Positions 14,513 to 28,407 of a DNA stretch of 64,000 bases are shown here, piece by piece; positions within the stretch are counted from its first letter, which is position 1; each line of letters opens with the position of its first letter. The stretch spans positions 2,728,001-2,792,000 of the forward strand of contig CM114271.1 in the NCBI GenBank assembly GCA_050084515.1. Reading direction: 5' to 3'. Below the pieces are notes generated by a model. It searched no databases and had not been told where the DNA came from. It saw nothing but the letters and a program-made list of their open reading frames with translations. The stretch is from Blasia pusilla (lineage: Eukaryota). A program made the position numbers and the translations under genes.

Positions 14513-14940
14513 TGGTGAGTATACAATTTAGGGGAAGGAATATGACGTGTTTGAATCTTGGTGAAAAGGGGAAAAAAGGGAGAATTGGTCATAAAGGGGA
14601 ATAATTATTTCATAAAGGGGAAGAATCATTGAGTGCCACTCAAAGAAGTCGAGGAGTGAGATGTTTATTTAAAGGGTTACTACTAATTACTTGGAACAAA
14701 AATAAAGATGCACTTCGAAACGTGTGATGGAAAACCCATCGGGAGTGGAGGAGAGAGGTATTTATTACGGGTGAGATACTTATTAAGGCTTAAGAATCCA
14801 CATAAAATTTAAAATCTAAGAAAAGAGTAAAAAATGCTCTTTGCCAACTTTTGTCAAATTTTCCATTTTATTACCACTTCACCTATCCCCAAGATTCAAC
14901 GGTACCTTTTTTTTTCCTCCCCCAAATTTTATACCCACCA
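14513..14940. mobile_element. Probable old MITE with diverged ~55-bp terminal inverted repeats
   Basis: TGGTGAGTATACAATTTAGGGG...TTGAATCTTGG at the left end pairs imperfectly with CCAAGATTCAA...CCCCAAATTTTATACCCACCA at the right. No TSD seen. Confidence 0.45.
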
Positions 14941-15562
14941 AACAGAAATGGGTTATTATTACGTCTTTTTAATTCTCTATTTTATTTCATTTCATTATAG
15001 CAGTAATTAAGACACTAGTATGCTCTATTACGAACTAGGAATTCCTAATAATAGGGACGTGCCCGCGCTCTGTCTACAAGAACGCAAATCGCGAATGTTC
15101 CTAACACCCGCAGAACGTTCCAGACATCTTCGTACAGTGCCTAAAGGACGTAAAGGAGCGAGAAGAATCAGAAGTTCCACCACTTGCCTCCGGATTTTGA
15201 CCCCCATCAACCCCGCGCCGCGGCCCCGCGCTCACCCCCACTTGGAAGCGCCGTCCGTCCGTCCGTCCGTCCGTCCTTCCTTCCGTCCGTCTGTATTTCA
15301 CGACTGTTGCCCCCTCTGGTTGTCCCACCTCCTGAGGACTACTCACATCATTCACCTCTACTCTTCTCGTCTCTTCTCGCGTCGGATCTCTGAGTCTTTC
15401 TGTTTTTCCTTTCATTCGGTGCTTGAGGTTTCTCGTTTTCGAATCAGCGGCAGTGGACAATCGATTTCGGTCGCAGGTCGCGAGGAAAGCCATCGCTGAG
15501 AGGGCTGTGAGGAGGGATTTGTTGCGATCAACGAGAGAAGGAAGAAGGCGGAGGGAGGAGAT

Positions 15563-17148
15563 ATGGGCGTTTTGACGCAGCTATGGGAGGCGATACCAGT
15601 GTACACGGGGCTGGCACCGATGACGTTCTGCACTCTGGTGGCGGTGCTGGTGGCGCTGTACTATTTGGTCAGTGCTATGCTCGCGCCTCCTGAGTTCAAG
15701 TACGTGCCGATGGAGCCCCTGCCGCCGCCCGTGCAGCTGGGGACGGTTTCGGAGGAGGAACTTAGACAATATGATGGTAGCGATCCTAAGAAGCCTCTTC
15801 TCATGGCTATCAAGGGGCAGATCTACGACGTCTCGCAATCCAGGTTGGTTGTGTTTAGGCTTTTTGGAATTTTGTATAGGGTGTGGTTGGGTTTGGTTTT
15901 AGACTGTCTGTAATTTGTAGTCGTTGAAAACGTGGGGGAGCATGTTCTTTTCAAGGCTTCCTCTCCCGAACTTTGCTCTGTTTAAGTCAAATCGGACACA
16001 CGTGTTTCTATTGTGATAATCATCTGCTCTTCCATACTTTCATTTCTAGTTGAGTGTTTTACAGCAGTACTCTACTTCAAATTTCCGGTTCTGTTGGGAC
16101 CCGCGTCCTTGTGTAACCACTGTCACGTACGTTGATAGAGGACTGATAGAGAACCACTATCAACGTACGTGACAGTTTACAGGAGTCAGAAAAACAAGAT
16201 TCTTGTTGGATTTCTATGGGGAAGCTGTACTCTAGTCTAAGCAACGTTTTCATTTGAATTTTCGGTTTAGGTCAATTTTAATCTTTGGGAGCCTTAGGTC
16301 CTCTCGGATTAGCCACAAATCCTCGGAGCTTTTCGCAAACAGTCAGTTCTTTACACAATCCTTGCGCGAGTTATCATGTGACGCTGAAATGTCCAAAAAC
16401 GTGTTCCCACTCTTATCCTTTCTCTTCTGGGGGAGAGAGTGTTTATGGCATGCCTTCAGTTGGATCTTCCAAACTGGTTTAGGCCCCTGATTAGCCTCCT
16501 AAGTGAGGAGATTTTCCTGGGGAAGTTGAGGCTGCGTTGTCCACTAGTGATGGGTAGTTCATACCCCGCACTTGATTCTATGCTTAGCAATTCAGCAGTG
16601 ATTTCGGTCTAAATCTTTTTAAGGTGATTCCCGAGCACCAATTGGCAGAAACTGGACTGGATGTTTCAGATTTCCTTCATCTTTATCTGAACCAGCTGGA
16701 GTCACTTCCGTTTTCCTTGTCTCGTTTCATTTTACATTTTGACCACAATATGTAAAATGTCGGCTCAGAATTGTACATCCCTAATTTGCATTGAAGTCAC
16801 AGAGGGAGATGAACCACTACGGATTTTTCAGTAGTTTCTTTAGGATGCTGAGGTCACGTCGTGCTCTTTCATTTGTGCAGGGGTTTCTATGGTCCCGGTG
16901 GAATGTATTCCATGTTTGCAGGTAGAGATGCGAGTAGAGCTCTAGCCAAAATGTCCTTTGAAGAGAATGATCTCAATGGAAACATTGAAGGTCTTAGTGC
17001 CATGGAGATTGAAGCACTTGGCGACTGGGAGTTCAAGTTTATGGGCAAGTACGTGAAGGTGGGCCAGCTTTCAAAGCCTGAGGATAGCCCTACCGAGACA
17101 GTGAGGGAAATCCCAGTCACAGACACCGAGACGAAGAAAGACGAGTAG
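15563..17148 (+). CDS. MSBP: Membrane steroid-binding protein / MAPR family (cytochrome b5-like haem/steroid-binding domain), 182 aa
   Basis: Exons 15563-15843 and 16881-17148 join across a GT-AG intron with the frame closing. The product has an N-terminal TM helix and EELRQYDGSDPKKPLLMAIKGQIYDVSQSR|GFYGPGGMYSMFAGRDASRALAKMSF...WEFKFMGKYVKVG. Confidence 0.95.
16119..16176. repeat. Perfect 20-bp stem / 18-nt loop hairpin in the MSBP intron
   Basis: ACTGTCACGTACGTTGATAG (16119-16138) and CTATCAACGTACGTGACAGT (16157-16176). Confidence 0.9.
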
Positions 17149-19009
17149 ATGATTTTCAAAGGATAATAGAGAGACCAAACTGCGGAGGAAAGGTCTGGCA
17201 AATCTTGCCTTGAACCACAGTTTTGAAGCTAAGACTCAATTCGTCTGGGCATAATGTCGAGAGCAAGTTTGATTTAGGAACAGCGTAGGGCTTCTTGCAA
17301 ATACGGACGTCTTCAACCAGATAGTGGTCTCTCTAGTGATTCACTCCAAGCTGCAGTAGCCTCTCAAGTTCTGAAACATAGATAAGTTATGAACGCACCT
17401 CTAGACGCCTCGCGCCATGTGGGGCTAACTTGATGGACGTCGCCATGTGGTTTGCTCCATGGATCAACTTTGTACAGGTCACTACGTCAATTACACGTTT
17501 TGGAGACCCTCGCATGCTCTTTGGTCTGAGGCACTTGTTTCAGAAGGATTGTGAGGTCTATGTGAGTTCTCTTACTGGGCACAAGGGAACTCACACATTG
17601 AAGTGGGCACACGGGAACTACCATGAACGATATTGTGGTCAGTGGCTTGTTCCACATTAAAACAAATCTCAAGTGGCAAATCGAGCTGGAACATCAGCAT
17701 ATTTCGATGCACTTCGTTCTAGGTTTTGCGGGGCTAACCAGCTCCTCCACAGGGAAATGCTGAACAGAGGTTTCCCCGAAGATTTCCACCCATCACGAAC
17801 CGTTTCTTAATGAAATTTCATCATCTGAAGTCAGTGAACTTTCTCAGTTAGCGTACCCGAATTTCCTCCTTTTTGCCTGCCACACTCTGGAGGTCGCTGG
17901 TATGAACGAACATTAGAATGATTAGAATCCAATTAAAAGATCAACCGGTAACAAACCGCGTCCACATTCCCGGTGGACGGTTTCCGGATGCGCTAGTTTC
18001 TTTTCTTCAAGTAGTTACTTTCACCTGGAGTTCATTTTAATTAAACCATCTCAAAATACACAACACGTGCAGGACAAATTTACCGAACACGTTGACGTTG
18101 CCTCTTTCTTCACTCGTATTGGCCATCCGTATATTCAGGACTCCAGTGTCTATCACGTCGAATTTGTGTATTCATTCGTGGTAGCTAGCATGCCCTCCTT
18201 GCGCACAAAATTGATTATTATAATTAGCGTGGTTATATATTATAAAAAATGAAATTTATACTCATTGAGAAATATTATTTAATTTGAAATTTGAAAATAA
18301 TTATCATTCTTATGAATTTGAAAAGCGTCATAGCATTTCATTTTTAAAAAATACTTGATTTTTAAAAATAACTTCACTGTTCCATAAAAATTTGAACCAT
18401 TTCTATTAAATTAAAATCTTTCCAAGGAAAATGTGGAGGTTATTTTACTTCGTCCGGAGGTCTCTTAAGCAATTCCTCTCATTTCTGCTCTTCCCTTTCC
18501 ATTTTTCCTGCAAAAATAACTTCCACTAAATAATTCCGCTCCTCACTTAAAATTTAAATGATATTCCACTTTCCTAAATAATTATACCCTCCATAATTTT
18601 AAGAAAATATCTTTTTTGACTCATATTTATCTTCTTATTCCATTCAATTTCATTCTTTCTACCATCTATTAGGACCCTAAGGAAAAAATCGAAGCATGTT
18701 GCTATTTTATCGTATTGTCTTATTATTTTGTCGTATTGTGCATATGGGGTCGCCAATTGTTATCGATTAGTCATGCGTAAATTCATTAGTTCATTTTTCG
18801 TTTGCCTTTCTCTCTCTATGCTATTTATTACCAATTACATGTATTAATATTTTTTTTCCCGTGTAATGCATTCAATTGGAAGGAAATGAAAATATTTCAC
18901 TAATGGAGAATATAATGAAATCATTATAGTAGAAACATATAGAAATTACATAGATGAAGAATAAAGATAATTTTGTTTAAATATATGAATAATCATGGAA
19001 TTTTAAATT

Positions 19010-19438
19010 CAGGGTTGCACACGGACAAAGTCCATGCCCGGACTTATGTCCGTCTCATGGCCAGACGTATCCGTGCAGGTGCGGGTGCGGGCATGTGTAC
19101 CGCGGCCCGCCCCGGAGCCCACCACGTTGACCCGGGCTGACAGAGCCCACACCCGTTGCGTGGCCTGCCAGAGCCTGCAGTCAGCCCGCATGGTGGGCTT
19201 GGCCCTTGCGGGCTTTGGGCAGGCCCCCTGCGGACGCGGAGCCCGCTATGCGACCCTTGCTCTAGCCCAAAGTCCCCCATGCGGCCCTTGGGTGGGCTCT
19301 GCAGGGGCTTGGTTGCGGGCTGACTGCAGGCTCTGTCGGGCCACGCAACGGGTGTGGGCTCCGTCAACCCGCGTCTACGCAACGGGCTTGGGGCGGGCTC
19401 GAGTGCGGGTTGGGCATGTCCGTTTCAATGCAACCTTG
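19010..19438. mobile_element. Non-autonomous hAT element (MITE), 429 bp, GC-rich
   Basis: TIR CAGGGTTGCA / TGCAACCTTG (1 mismatch), a perfect 8-bp TSD TTTAAATT (19002-19009, 19439-19446) and a ~50-bp internal inverted repeat. Confidence 0.88.
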
Positions 19439-20247
19439 TTTAAATTTAAAATTATTATTTTTCATTTTCATCATTTTTCCAACCCTCATCTCTCAATTCA
19501 TGAAGGAAAATCATTCATTTTGATTCAAAATTTGTTTCAGAATTTTCTTTAGAAATCCCTAGCAATGAAAGTTTGAACATTGTTTATTTTGATTTTTTAT
19601 TAAATATTAAGATACAAATTAATTTTTATAATGGAAAACTAAAGTTAATGTGAGAGAGACTCACCACTTCTTCTTAAGGATTTTTTTTAATTTAATATTA
19701 TTACTATAACCTCTTTTCTATTCAAGTTTTGGCTTCCTATGGAAAAAAATTAAACCGAAATTAAATAGTTGAAAGGCTTCACACATGTGGTTTAAGGCCC
19801 TTGCGGGCTTTGGGTGGGCCCCTTTAATAGTATGATCTTAATTATCCATAATTCAATAGAATTTTTTTCCTCCCAAAGATATATTTCTCAAGCGAAAACT
19901 TTGAATAATATCAAATGAATCCATAAATATGAGCTAAAGTATCTATGCTTATCTAAATCTGCCCCTACTTCATGTCATCCGTTTCACATAAGATTGAAAA
20001 CGTTACGACATCATTTTAGAGGTCCAAAAAGTTTTTGAACCCTATTGTTGCTCTATCAGATGGTAGTGTGAATGCAATTGTTGCACATGGTTATTCCACA
20101 ATATTACACACCCATTCATTGCAGATTACATGTAGTAAGGCTAAGAAACTCTTGCCAATCTCAAAAGGACACGACTACAATTCTCAACCAATTGATTGCA
20201 AGAGTTCAACCAAACTATGAATCTTGTACCCAATAGCCAAAGGTACA

Positions 20248-20441
20248 TCTATATAATTAAACGAGGATAGGCTTAGAGAAACCCTCCTCCTATGTTGACA
20301 TCTGTCTTTTTAAGATCCTTCTATTCTTGATACCTGAACTTTTAAGGCCCTTCTATAGTTGTCACGTGTTATTTAAGGGTAATAAAATTAAGAGTAAAAG
20401 GAAGACTTTGTCACCCGTGCATCGCATGGGAAACATACTAG
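20248..20441 (+). mobile_element. Mini (non-autonomous) Helitron, 194 bp
   Basis: Starts A|TCTATAT, has the subterminal hairpin CCCGTGC-ATC-GCATGGG and ends CTAG|T. A related copy lies at 44666-44852. Confidence 0.8.
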
Positions 20442-22599
20442 TATTGATTTATTGTGGTGGTTGAATCCTTGAGAATTCCATTGGATTTTATCCTCTCTGG
20501 GCACACTCTCTACAGATTTCTAGAATTGATTTCACAGATTCTAGAAGCCAATTCCCAACAAGGATTTGGGACCAACTTCTTTATCCACCATCCCTTGCAA
20601 GCTCAAAATCTAAGTAATGTTTTAAAGGCTTAGGTGGACTAATCATAGTACTTCATACAAATGCAACCAAAGTCTTAGAAAACGGAAACCCTTTTGAATA
20701 ACAACTATATCATGAAACTTGACTCTCCTTTTTAGCATTCACAATTACCAAAGCCCAATTACAAATCAAATTATTCCTAATATAAACTTATTCATAGGCC
20801 TATTTTGTCATAGATTAGTCCTTGACAAACTAATGGGCCCACATTAGATTAAAATATGTTTTCATCATTCTATCCCATAATGAAGTCTATTCATTAGAAT
20901 ATTTGATCCCATCACTTTCAAATGTAGGGATAACAATAACTATTTATTTCATTTAAGGAATATATGCATGAAAATACTGAAACTCAAAGAGTGATTTGTT
21001 GGATATGTATGAAAACTTTGTGATTTTATTTTATTTTTAACTATCATTTAATGGATATTTTTCTCCTTCAATTTAATTGGACATTGTAGTTTAGATAGAT
21101 CATAAAAAAAATTTAGTGAAAGATGTCCATTTCTTTAAGAATAGAGAAGTCTTTACCATACTACAAAAGAAAACTTAGCAATACACTATCATGGCTTTGC
21201 TCACACGTCCTCATCATCTAATCATATAGCATATCTAGAGTTGGACACGAACCAAATACATGAATGGGGCATTAACATAAATTATAGATAGGTTATAAGC
21301 TTCTATTTTGGATTCCGTTTTGCATTTTGACATTAAATAAATATCAATAAATGAAAAAATTATTTCGACAAAATTGAGTTCACGTATTTTTTAAAATTCT
21401 ATACTTAGATAGATGGTTTCATGCGTAAGTAAACAAGAAAGTCATAACCAGGATTATTGCCACTCACCAAATTTGGGAATGAATAAGAAACTTTGTTGGA
21501 AATCTAATCATTATTTTGGCCGGCACTTTATGGGTGTTAAAGATTGTTGAATTCTTCTTCATGCCTTTTATGGTAGGTTTGCTAAAAAATCCATTCCGAG
21601 GTGTTAATATACATGATTTAAGGGAGGATGACTTCTCGATTTACAAACACCTAGGTGATTGACATATGATAATGAGGCAAAAATAAAATATTCTAGAAAC
21701 TAGATAGAAAAAAAAAAATGATTTTTTGGGCAGCTTGGTTATCGGTCTTGTACACAGGATGGGCTATACACAAAGTTTTAGTAAACAAAGGAAAGAAAGA
21801 GAAACATAAACTCTCAAACCATATTTGAATAAAAAAAAGAAAACAAGTGTGAAAGAAATAAACAAGTTGTTTGTTTCTGATTCTGAAAGCTTCTTTCTTC
21901 CCTCTCGTGGTACAATTAAAATATCATGATTGTGAGAAGTGATCTCAAGAGACACTTCACGGTCAATCATATGAGGTGTAGGGTAAGAGGATATCGGTTC
22001 AGGTCCTTACCTCAGGTTTGTGTTGGAGACGAGTCACAAAACGTGCTTATGAGGCAGATACAGAAGTTCCAATTCATCAATCAATGACAAACTAAAGGCT
22101 GCAGCTACTCTTTCTCCTGGAAGCATAATCTCAATGATGGTTTTCTTTCAGATAACAAAGACGCATCGGTTGTGGAAAGGCTGGTCCATGCGATAAAGGA
22201 AATCAGAACCCTTCAGCCCCAGAGAAATCTCTGAGAAAGCCCATTAGCCATTATAAATTGATTCAAAATTTGATTAGTCATGTAGGCTGAAGTTGGAATA
22301 AAACCAGTATGGTTCAAATTGGTATCCTTCCACCAGTTGAACATTTGGATTTCTAACCCCTTTCGAAGGGGAAGTGCATGCCCCTTTGGACATGATGCCT
22401 ACACTGACTTGTCAACTCAATGCTTTCCAAATTTAGTGAAGAATCATGGCAGCCGCATGCTGGAGGGCTATCAGGCAGTCTTACTCTCCTTTCACCATCT
22501 CCTGCTATGGTCATCATTACATGAGCTATAAATACTACCAACAAGGCTGCAGGACAATCTCGTGGCCAGTCAGCTTGGGACCAGCCTTGCTTAGCTGTT

Positions 22600-25500
22600 T
22601 CACTTGTGGTACAGAAAAACAATCCCAAAGACGAAGAAGCCAGTCATCTGCAAGCCACCAATATAGCAATTAACTAATGCTGGGAAGAGCATCCACAATC
22701 TAACATGAGACAGTATCAAGGTGGCGACTAGAGTCTTAAGCCAATGTAACTCAGGATACATTCCGTCAGCAACTTCCACTGGTAATCAAAATTACTAACT
22801 GCAAAACTTGGCATCCAATTGTCATTAGTCATTAGTTAGGGTAGTACCATCGAGAAAGCTCCCCCATAGTAAGGGTATGCTGCTTTGATGAAGCGTTCAT
22901 ACTCGTTGTGTCGGAAAGGCCTCACTGGAATCTGCATCACTCACATGCACTCCTTTAGCCAGCAATATTCCTTTTTCTCACCTCCAAATTGAAACTTGAA
23001 TCTCCAGTTTGTTAAGGATTTCTTATTTTATTTAGTCATGTAAACCAACAACTGGCCCAGATTTACACCTTTTCCCTTCTTGTACAACTTCAATCACTAC
23101 AAACAAAAAAGTGCCAAATCTACACCAATCTGTACATGAGCAAAGAAAATTAGAGGGATTCTTTTGACGATTGTTGACCAATTCATAAATGGCAATTCAA
23201 ATTCTCCGAAAAGAAAACCGACAAAAGCTCCCAAGCAAGATGAAGATTGACAACTTTCTGAATCCACTAGGGCCAATAACCTCCATCTGCATACCATTCA
23301 TCATAATATTCAACTCAATGAGTTGCAAATGATAAAATGGTCTAAACCTTGACAGTGCTTAGGTACTAGTAGAAAGAGGATTATTTTCAGTACCTGCTTG
23401 CTCAAACTGAGACTAGTGTACCCGAGCCTCCTGTATTCAACCTTAAACTGGAAAACGCCATACACATCTGGCACTTGAAAAGATGTGGAGTATAAACCCT
23501 ACATCCATGCACAAAGCACAATCAGGTCCCCATTAAAAATTTTGACAAAGAAGGTTGAATTCCAGCCCTAGAGTTTCTTGGTCAGAACAGCCTCTTAACT
23601 TATTTCCCGAAACTGGTCAGTGAACTCCAATCACAGTACTGCCATTTCTTTCTTCTTGCTCATGGTCCTCAACTTTCTCCCATCAGCTGCTAGCTACTAT
23701 TTTTAACACAGATGTGCGCTATCATTTCGTAGCATACTACACTTTCTCTACCAGATATGTCCCCTTTCCTTCTTGTCTGCTGAGGCAGTTCAAACAGCCT
23801 CCCCTATCCTTCTGCTGGATTGTAAAGCTGATAATTACCTTTTTGTTGTGGTCCAAAGTCTTTAAGACATAGGGACTCATCATGTAGAACTGAACCTGGA
23901 CGTCATCAGCTTGATAAGGTTGCCATTTCTTCCCCGTCCATTCATAGATTTCTAGCGCATACTCCTGGAAATCCATAACATGAGAATCTTGGAGAAATCC
24001 ATGAAAGAGGTTGGAAGTTGCTGTAGCATTTACACGAGGCCACCCAGCAAGGCAGGGAACCTACTTCAACAGGGCATTTGTGTTCTTGTCTAAGTTCATG
24101 AACAGAATCAATCTTTCAATCAAGCACTCCTTATCGCAGAAACTACATACCAGCTGATCGGTGATTCTATACATCCCAGGTTCATCTGCCTCTCCGACCT
24201 TGTTGTGGTGGACATTTATTGCCTGATAAAAAAGAGGATTCGTGATTAGGCCATCTTGTCAAATAAAACGTTGTAGAATCTGCCACATTCCTAGACTCGA
24301 TAATTGTAATTGGTGTGATTCAGAAATATAGAAGTCCTTGTGGACCCCTTGTATACAAACCTTCAAATGACCACGTTCGTGAAAGGTCCATTTGCTGAGC
24401 TCAATAGCCAACTGTTCATTTCCAGACTTTTCAAACCTGTTTAGGCGAAACAATAAGGGTGTCAATACCGAATCTCTGATGAAATGACAGTCACACTCAG
24501 TAGACTTGTGCGAATCAGAATCCACCCTTGACTCAAAAATAGGCCAAATCTTCAAAACGATAGGAAAAAAATTGAATAAGCAACACATACGTAATACCTC
24601 TTAGAGCCTCCAAATTTCTGAACTGGTGACCTGAAGAATCTGTGAAGATAGAGGCATAGCAATAAAAATCCATTCTTTCAGGCTATAGAAGGGCACCATC
24701 AAACTTCTCAAAGGAATTATACAATGCCAAGAGATAATTCACAATGAGAGCTTTAAATAAAACCCTCACATGTACAGACATATCTAGAACACATAAACCA
24801 CTAACACATGCAGCCAGAGGTCACTCCTGAATACTCACTTGTCACTGAATAAGTCCAGAGAGCCTGAGATAAGAATCCTAGCATTGTTCCTTGCCTGTCA
24901 GCACAGAGGTCCAAGCACAGCTGTTGGATTGGACTCTGAAAAAAGGAAGGGATCAAACCAGAAGGAGTTCACTGTAGCTAATTAAACGTGTGCATGAAGC
25001 CTATCATGGCAGAAATACCACACACTGTCGTCCTGAATCAGTGTTTGTGATAGCCTTGCCAAAAACCAGAGAGAAGGAAGTCAAGGAAGTCTTCAGTACA
25101 ACTCCATTTCTCTCAGAACTCCACCATTGGGAGAGAAAGGCTTCACACTCTTTACCTCTCATGGTTGGTACTACGAAAGGTACCCTTCTTCATAGGAAAT
25201 TCTAGTTATACTATCTTTGAGAATATATGATATGCAAAGGACAGCAACCATGGAGAACTGAGTACTCAAATCGAAGCTTGTACTTAAATGCACAACCATT
25301 CTTGAAGTGGACTCGTACTTATAACAACCTTCCAACAACACACTCAAATGGATTTATAATTGTACCTGAACAACAGAGACAAGTCCAATTGAAGTGCCAG
25401 TAAGAGCTGGAGGGGTTTGCAGTTCTGCGTTAGGGTTTGCTGAGAACGCTGATGGAGAGGCTGAAAGGACCTTGACAACCTACAAGTGGGCACAGAAAGA

Positions 25501-27345
25501 AAATGTGAGCTTATGACAAAAACATGTTCTTGAGCATCACCCTTGTACATTTTCTATGAAATAAAGTCCTGTTATCTATGCACTTTCGTACAAGAATAGA
25601 GTCCTGTTATCTATTCCAGCTCATAGCATAGATAGAAAGACAAAGAAGAGAACCAACTTTTATTTCTTGATTCATTTCTCTCTTTTTTCAGCCAATGCAA
25701 AAAGCACTTGCACTATCAACTGCTCACCAGTTCACTACCGGCATTAAGGGAGTGGGCAATCCCTCGGAAAAGGATCGGTTCCTGCATATTCACCGCAACA
25801 ATTACTCACTTCCAGGGATCATAGAAATATCCAGTGCTCTACCAAAATATTCAACTGTGCACGAGGCAGAAATCAAGATGTACAAATCGCTGTCACCTCA
25901 ATGGCATCTGCGCCCAGTATGACACTGGACTTGATGAGGTCTTCCCCAACAATAAGAGAGTGGTCGCTTTCGGTCTGAACAGCAAAGTTGATGTGATCTA
26001 CAACCACTGCCTCTGCCCCCTGCACATTAACCAGCCTTCAAACTTAATTTCTTGCTCTAAATCTTGAGTCCCAGAGGTACCATGAATGTCTAAGAGCTGC
26101 ATGGTCTTCATGGAAGAGCAACAACTAAAAAAGATTGCGGTACCCAGCAAGAGTTTCCAGGAGGGTATCAGAGTACCTCATCAAAATCCACTCCACAGTC
26201 AGTGGCAATATCTCGGACGAAATCAGAAGTGTGTGTATCTGCTGCAAGAATCAAATCATGTCCAGAATCCACAAAATCCAATACTGCAGCTACGTCCAGG
26301 GAGCCTCCAAGTGATCCTGCAAGTTTGATGGGACACTCTGTGTGTTAAACTAAAAACCACTAAGATTTCAAAAACGCAATCAACAACACTAAGTGCGTTA
26401 AGTCTGGCCAAACAAAACTCAATGCACTACTACTACGTGGGAAGAAGGGTGGTGCAAAAATAAGGAATAAAACGGCACTTCAACCAGAGGTGAGGGGGAA
26501 AGTGAAAAGTTGTGGAGTTTGACCTTCTACTCTTTCAGCTTGCCTATCAGACACATTAACGACGTCTGAAACGAGTGTAATTCGCACTCACGACAGACCC
26601 GGAAGTGTTTATTTCATCGGATCTGGAAGCCCGTTAGTTTGCTAGGAAAGTCAAATTCGCTGTTAAACCCAGAAGAGTGGCATGCTCAGATTAAATTCAC
26701 CATAATATGCAAGAAGAAGAGCTCACCTTCAACAGACGGCGCAAAGAGGATAAGCGCATCATACAGATACTCCCCGTATCTTTGCAATGCCAGCTTGGAG
26801 TCATCAGCTAGTCTGAAATCCAGATCGTAACCCCGACCTGCACAAAGGGCCTGTCTACCTCAGATCGACTTCCAACCAAACATCCGAAGTCCGGACATCT
26901 GTTAATCGTCTCGTCACCTTCCGAACCGTAAAGCTCGGACTAGTCCACTTCTACGACCGCAATTCAACACAAGCGTAAAAACCTCCACTCTCTTCTTCTC
27001 CACGTCGTCCATAACGGACGACTACCTCAGATCGACCGGCGACCACATATCCAAAGGACATTTTCAAATCGTCTGAGACAACGAAAACCGACACAACAAA
27101 ACCACAACAAAAATTCAAAAAAAAAGGGTAAGGATCTGCGCTCTCATCGCCACTGCGAAGCTAGCGTCGGAGGACTCACTGGTCAAAGACTTGAAGAAAA
27201 TTGAGTGAGAACTCTTCATCGCCAGGTCATCCAGCAACACCAGCACGCGCTGATCGGTAGGTTTCTCTTCAGAAAACGCCGCGCACATAGCCGGAAGCAA
27301 GATCGCCAGCCATAGCAGCCCCTGCAGCCGCTGCAATGCAGCCAT
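22600..27345 (-). CDS. OST48: Oligosaccharyltransferase 48-kDa subunit (OST48/WBP1/DGL1), 14 exons, 438 aa
   Basis: Exons 27180-27345, 26727-26837, 26177-26316, 25897-26019, 25728-25781, 25366-25479, 24839-24894, 24598-24639, 24361-24436, 24151-24222, 23839-23964, 23394-23498, 22848-22931, 22600-22647; all GT-AG, 1317 nt in frame. Motifs include a signal peptide, [57 protein letters not shown] and a C-terminal TM...LYHK. Confidence 0.96.
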
Positions 27346-27625
27346 CGCGCCTCCTTCTCCTCCGCTTCTTCCCACTCCGATTTCGCCCCTGCGCTCCCTC
27401 ACACACAATCCTCACGGGTCTTGAAAAAATGGCCGTCACTGTCGTCGCCCCAGTCCTCCGTAGGCACTAAGGACGGCGAACCCCAAACCTGCTTACGGAC
27501 GGGTCCATTATAAGACGGCGTGTCAAAGCGATTGGGACTGAGAACCGGGGATGCGAGTAGACAAGGCCGGAAGAGTGGTCCGGTTTCCGGTCACCGGCAA
27601 CAAGTTCTCCGGATATTTTTATTCC

Positions 27626-27800
27626 TATTGGAGTGTGTTTTTTTTTTATTTGCAAACATCTCTTTATTTGAAATAAATTTTCTAGACATCTATATTATTA
27701 TTGGAGAGTGTTTTTTTGATTTGCAAACAACTCTTTATTTGACATGTAGCAATCGGGTATAAAAAAATGTTCCCTCTCTACGGGCAGCAAGAAAAAGATT
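27626..27800 (+). mobile_element. Helitron-like 5'-end fragments (two tandem copies) upstream of OST48
   Basis: A|TCTATATTATTATTGGAGAGTG...GATTTGCAAACA at 27689. The same motif occurs at ~36218-36270 (+) and at 58601 and 58724 (-). Confidence 0.55.
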
Positions 27801-28407
27801 TTATGTGTAACATGATTAGTTCCTTCACTTTTGTGCATGGCGCGGACTGCCCACTAGTTCCCATTACCGGCAAGATGTTGTGGAGGAGGGAGGGGGGCAT
27901 TTGTGGTGGATGTCAAAAAGAATCAAGAAAGTTTTTGGATTTTACAATTGCGTGATGGGGAGGGTTCGTATGATGGGGAATCTAGGATTGCCATTTGCAA
28001 TCATGTGTACTCATGTTTCAATCCAATGCGGTCGAGGTCGCAAGGACCTTGGCCCGTCGTCCCATATCTCTACAATCCAACAGACTAACTAAGAGCACCC
28101 AAATGGGAATCCGATAGGACTCGTGTCGCAAGGAGGCAAGGCGCAAATCGTCACAACATTTGTGTGTCCTCCTTCCATTTGCATATTAACAGGAACCGAA
28201 GTAGAAAATTAGCATATATAGGGGAAGAAAGGGCAATTCGAATTCAAAGTGGAATTCCACCGATAGTGTCCACCTGTCAATCGGCATCACATGGTCCATG
28301 GGACTTGGTCCTCATCGGAGGTCATTTAGATCACATTCTATATGGTCATTTTTTACCTTCCCTTTTGTGCTGGTTGACACATTAGTGTGTATCATGCTTT
28401 AGTAGTT

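Noticed and set aside
15020-15499. Overlapping ORFs upstream of MSBP
   Set aside because: GC-rich promoter/5'UTR with simple repeats and no protein-like signal.
19009-19552. Several 60-170-aa ORFs
   Set aside because: They result from the GC-rich, stop-poor MITE and show no recognisable domain.
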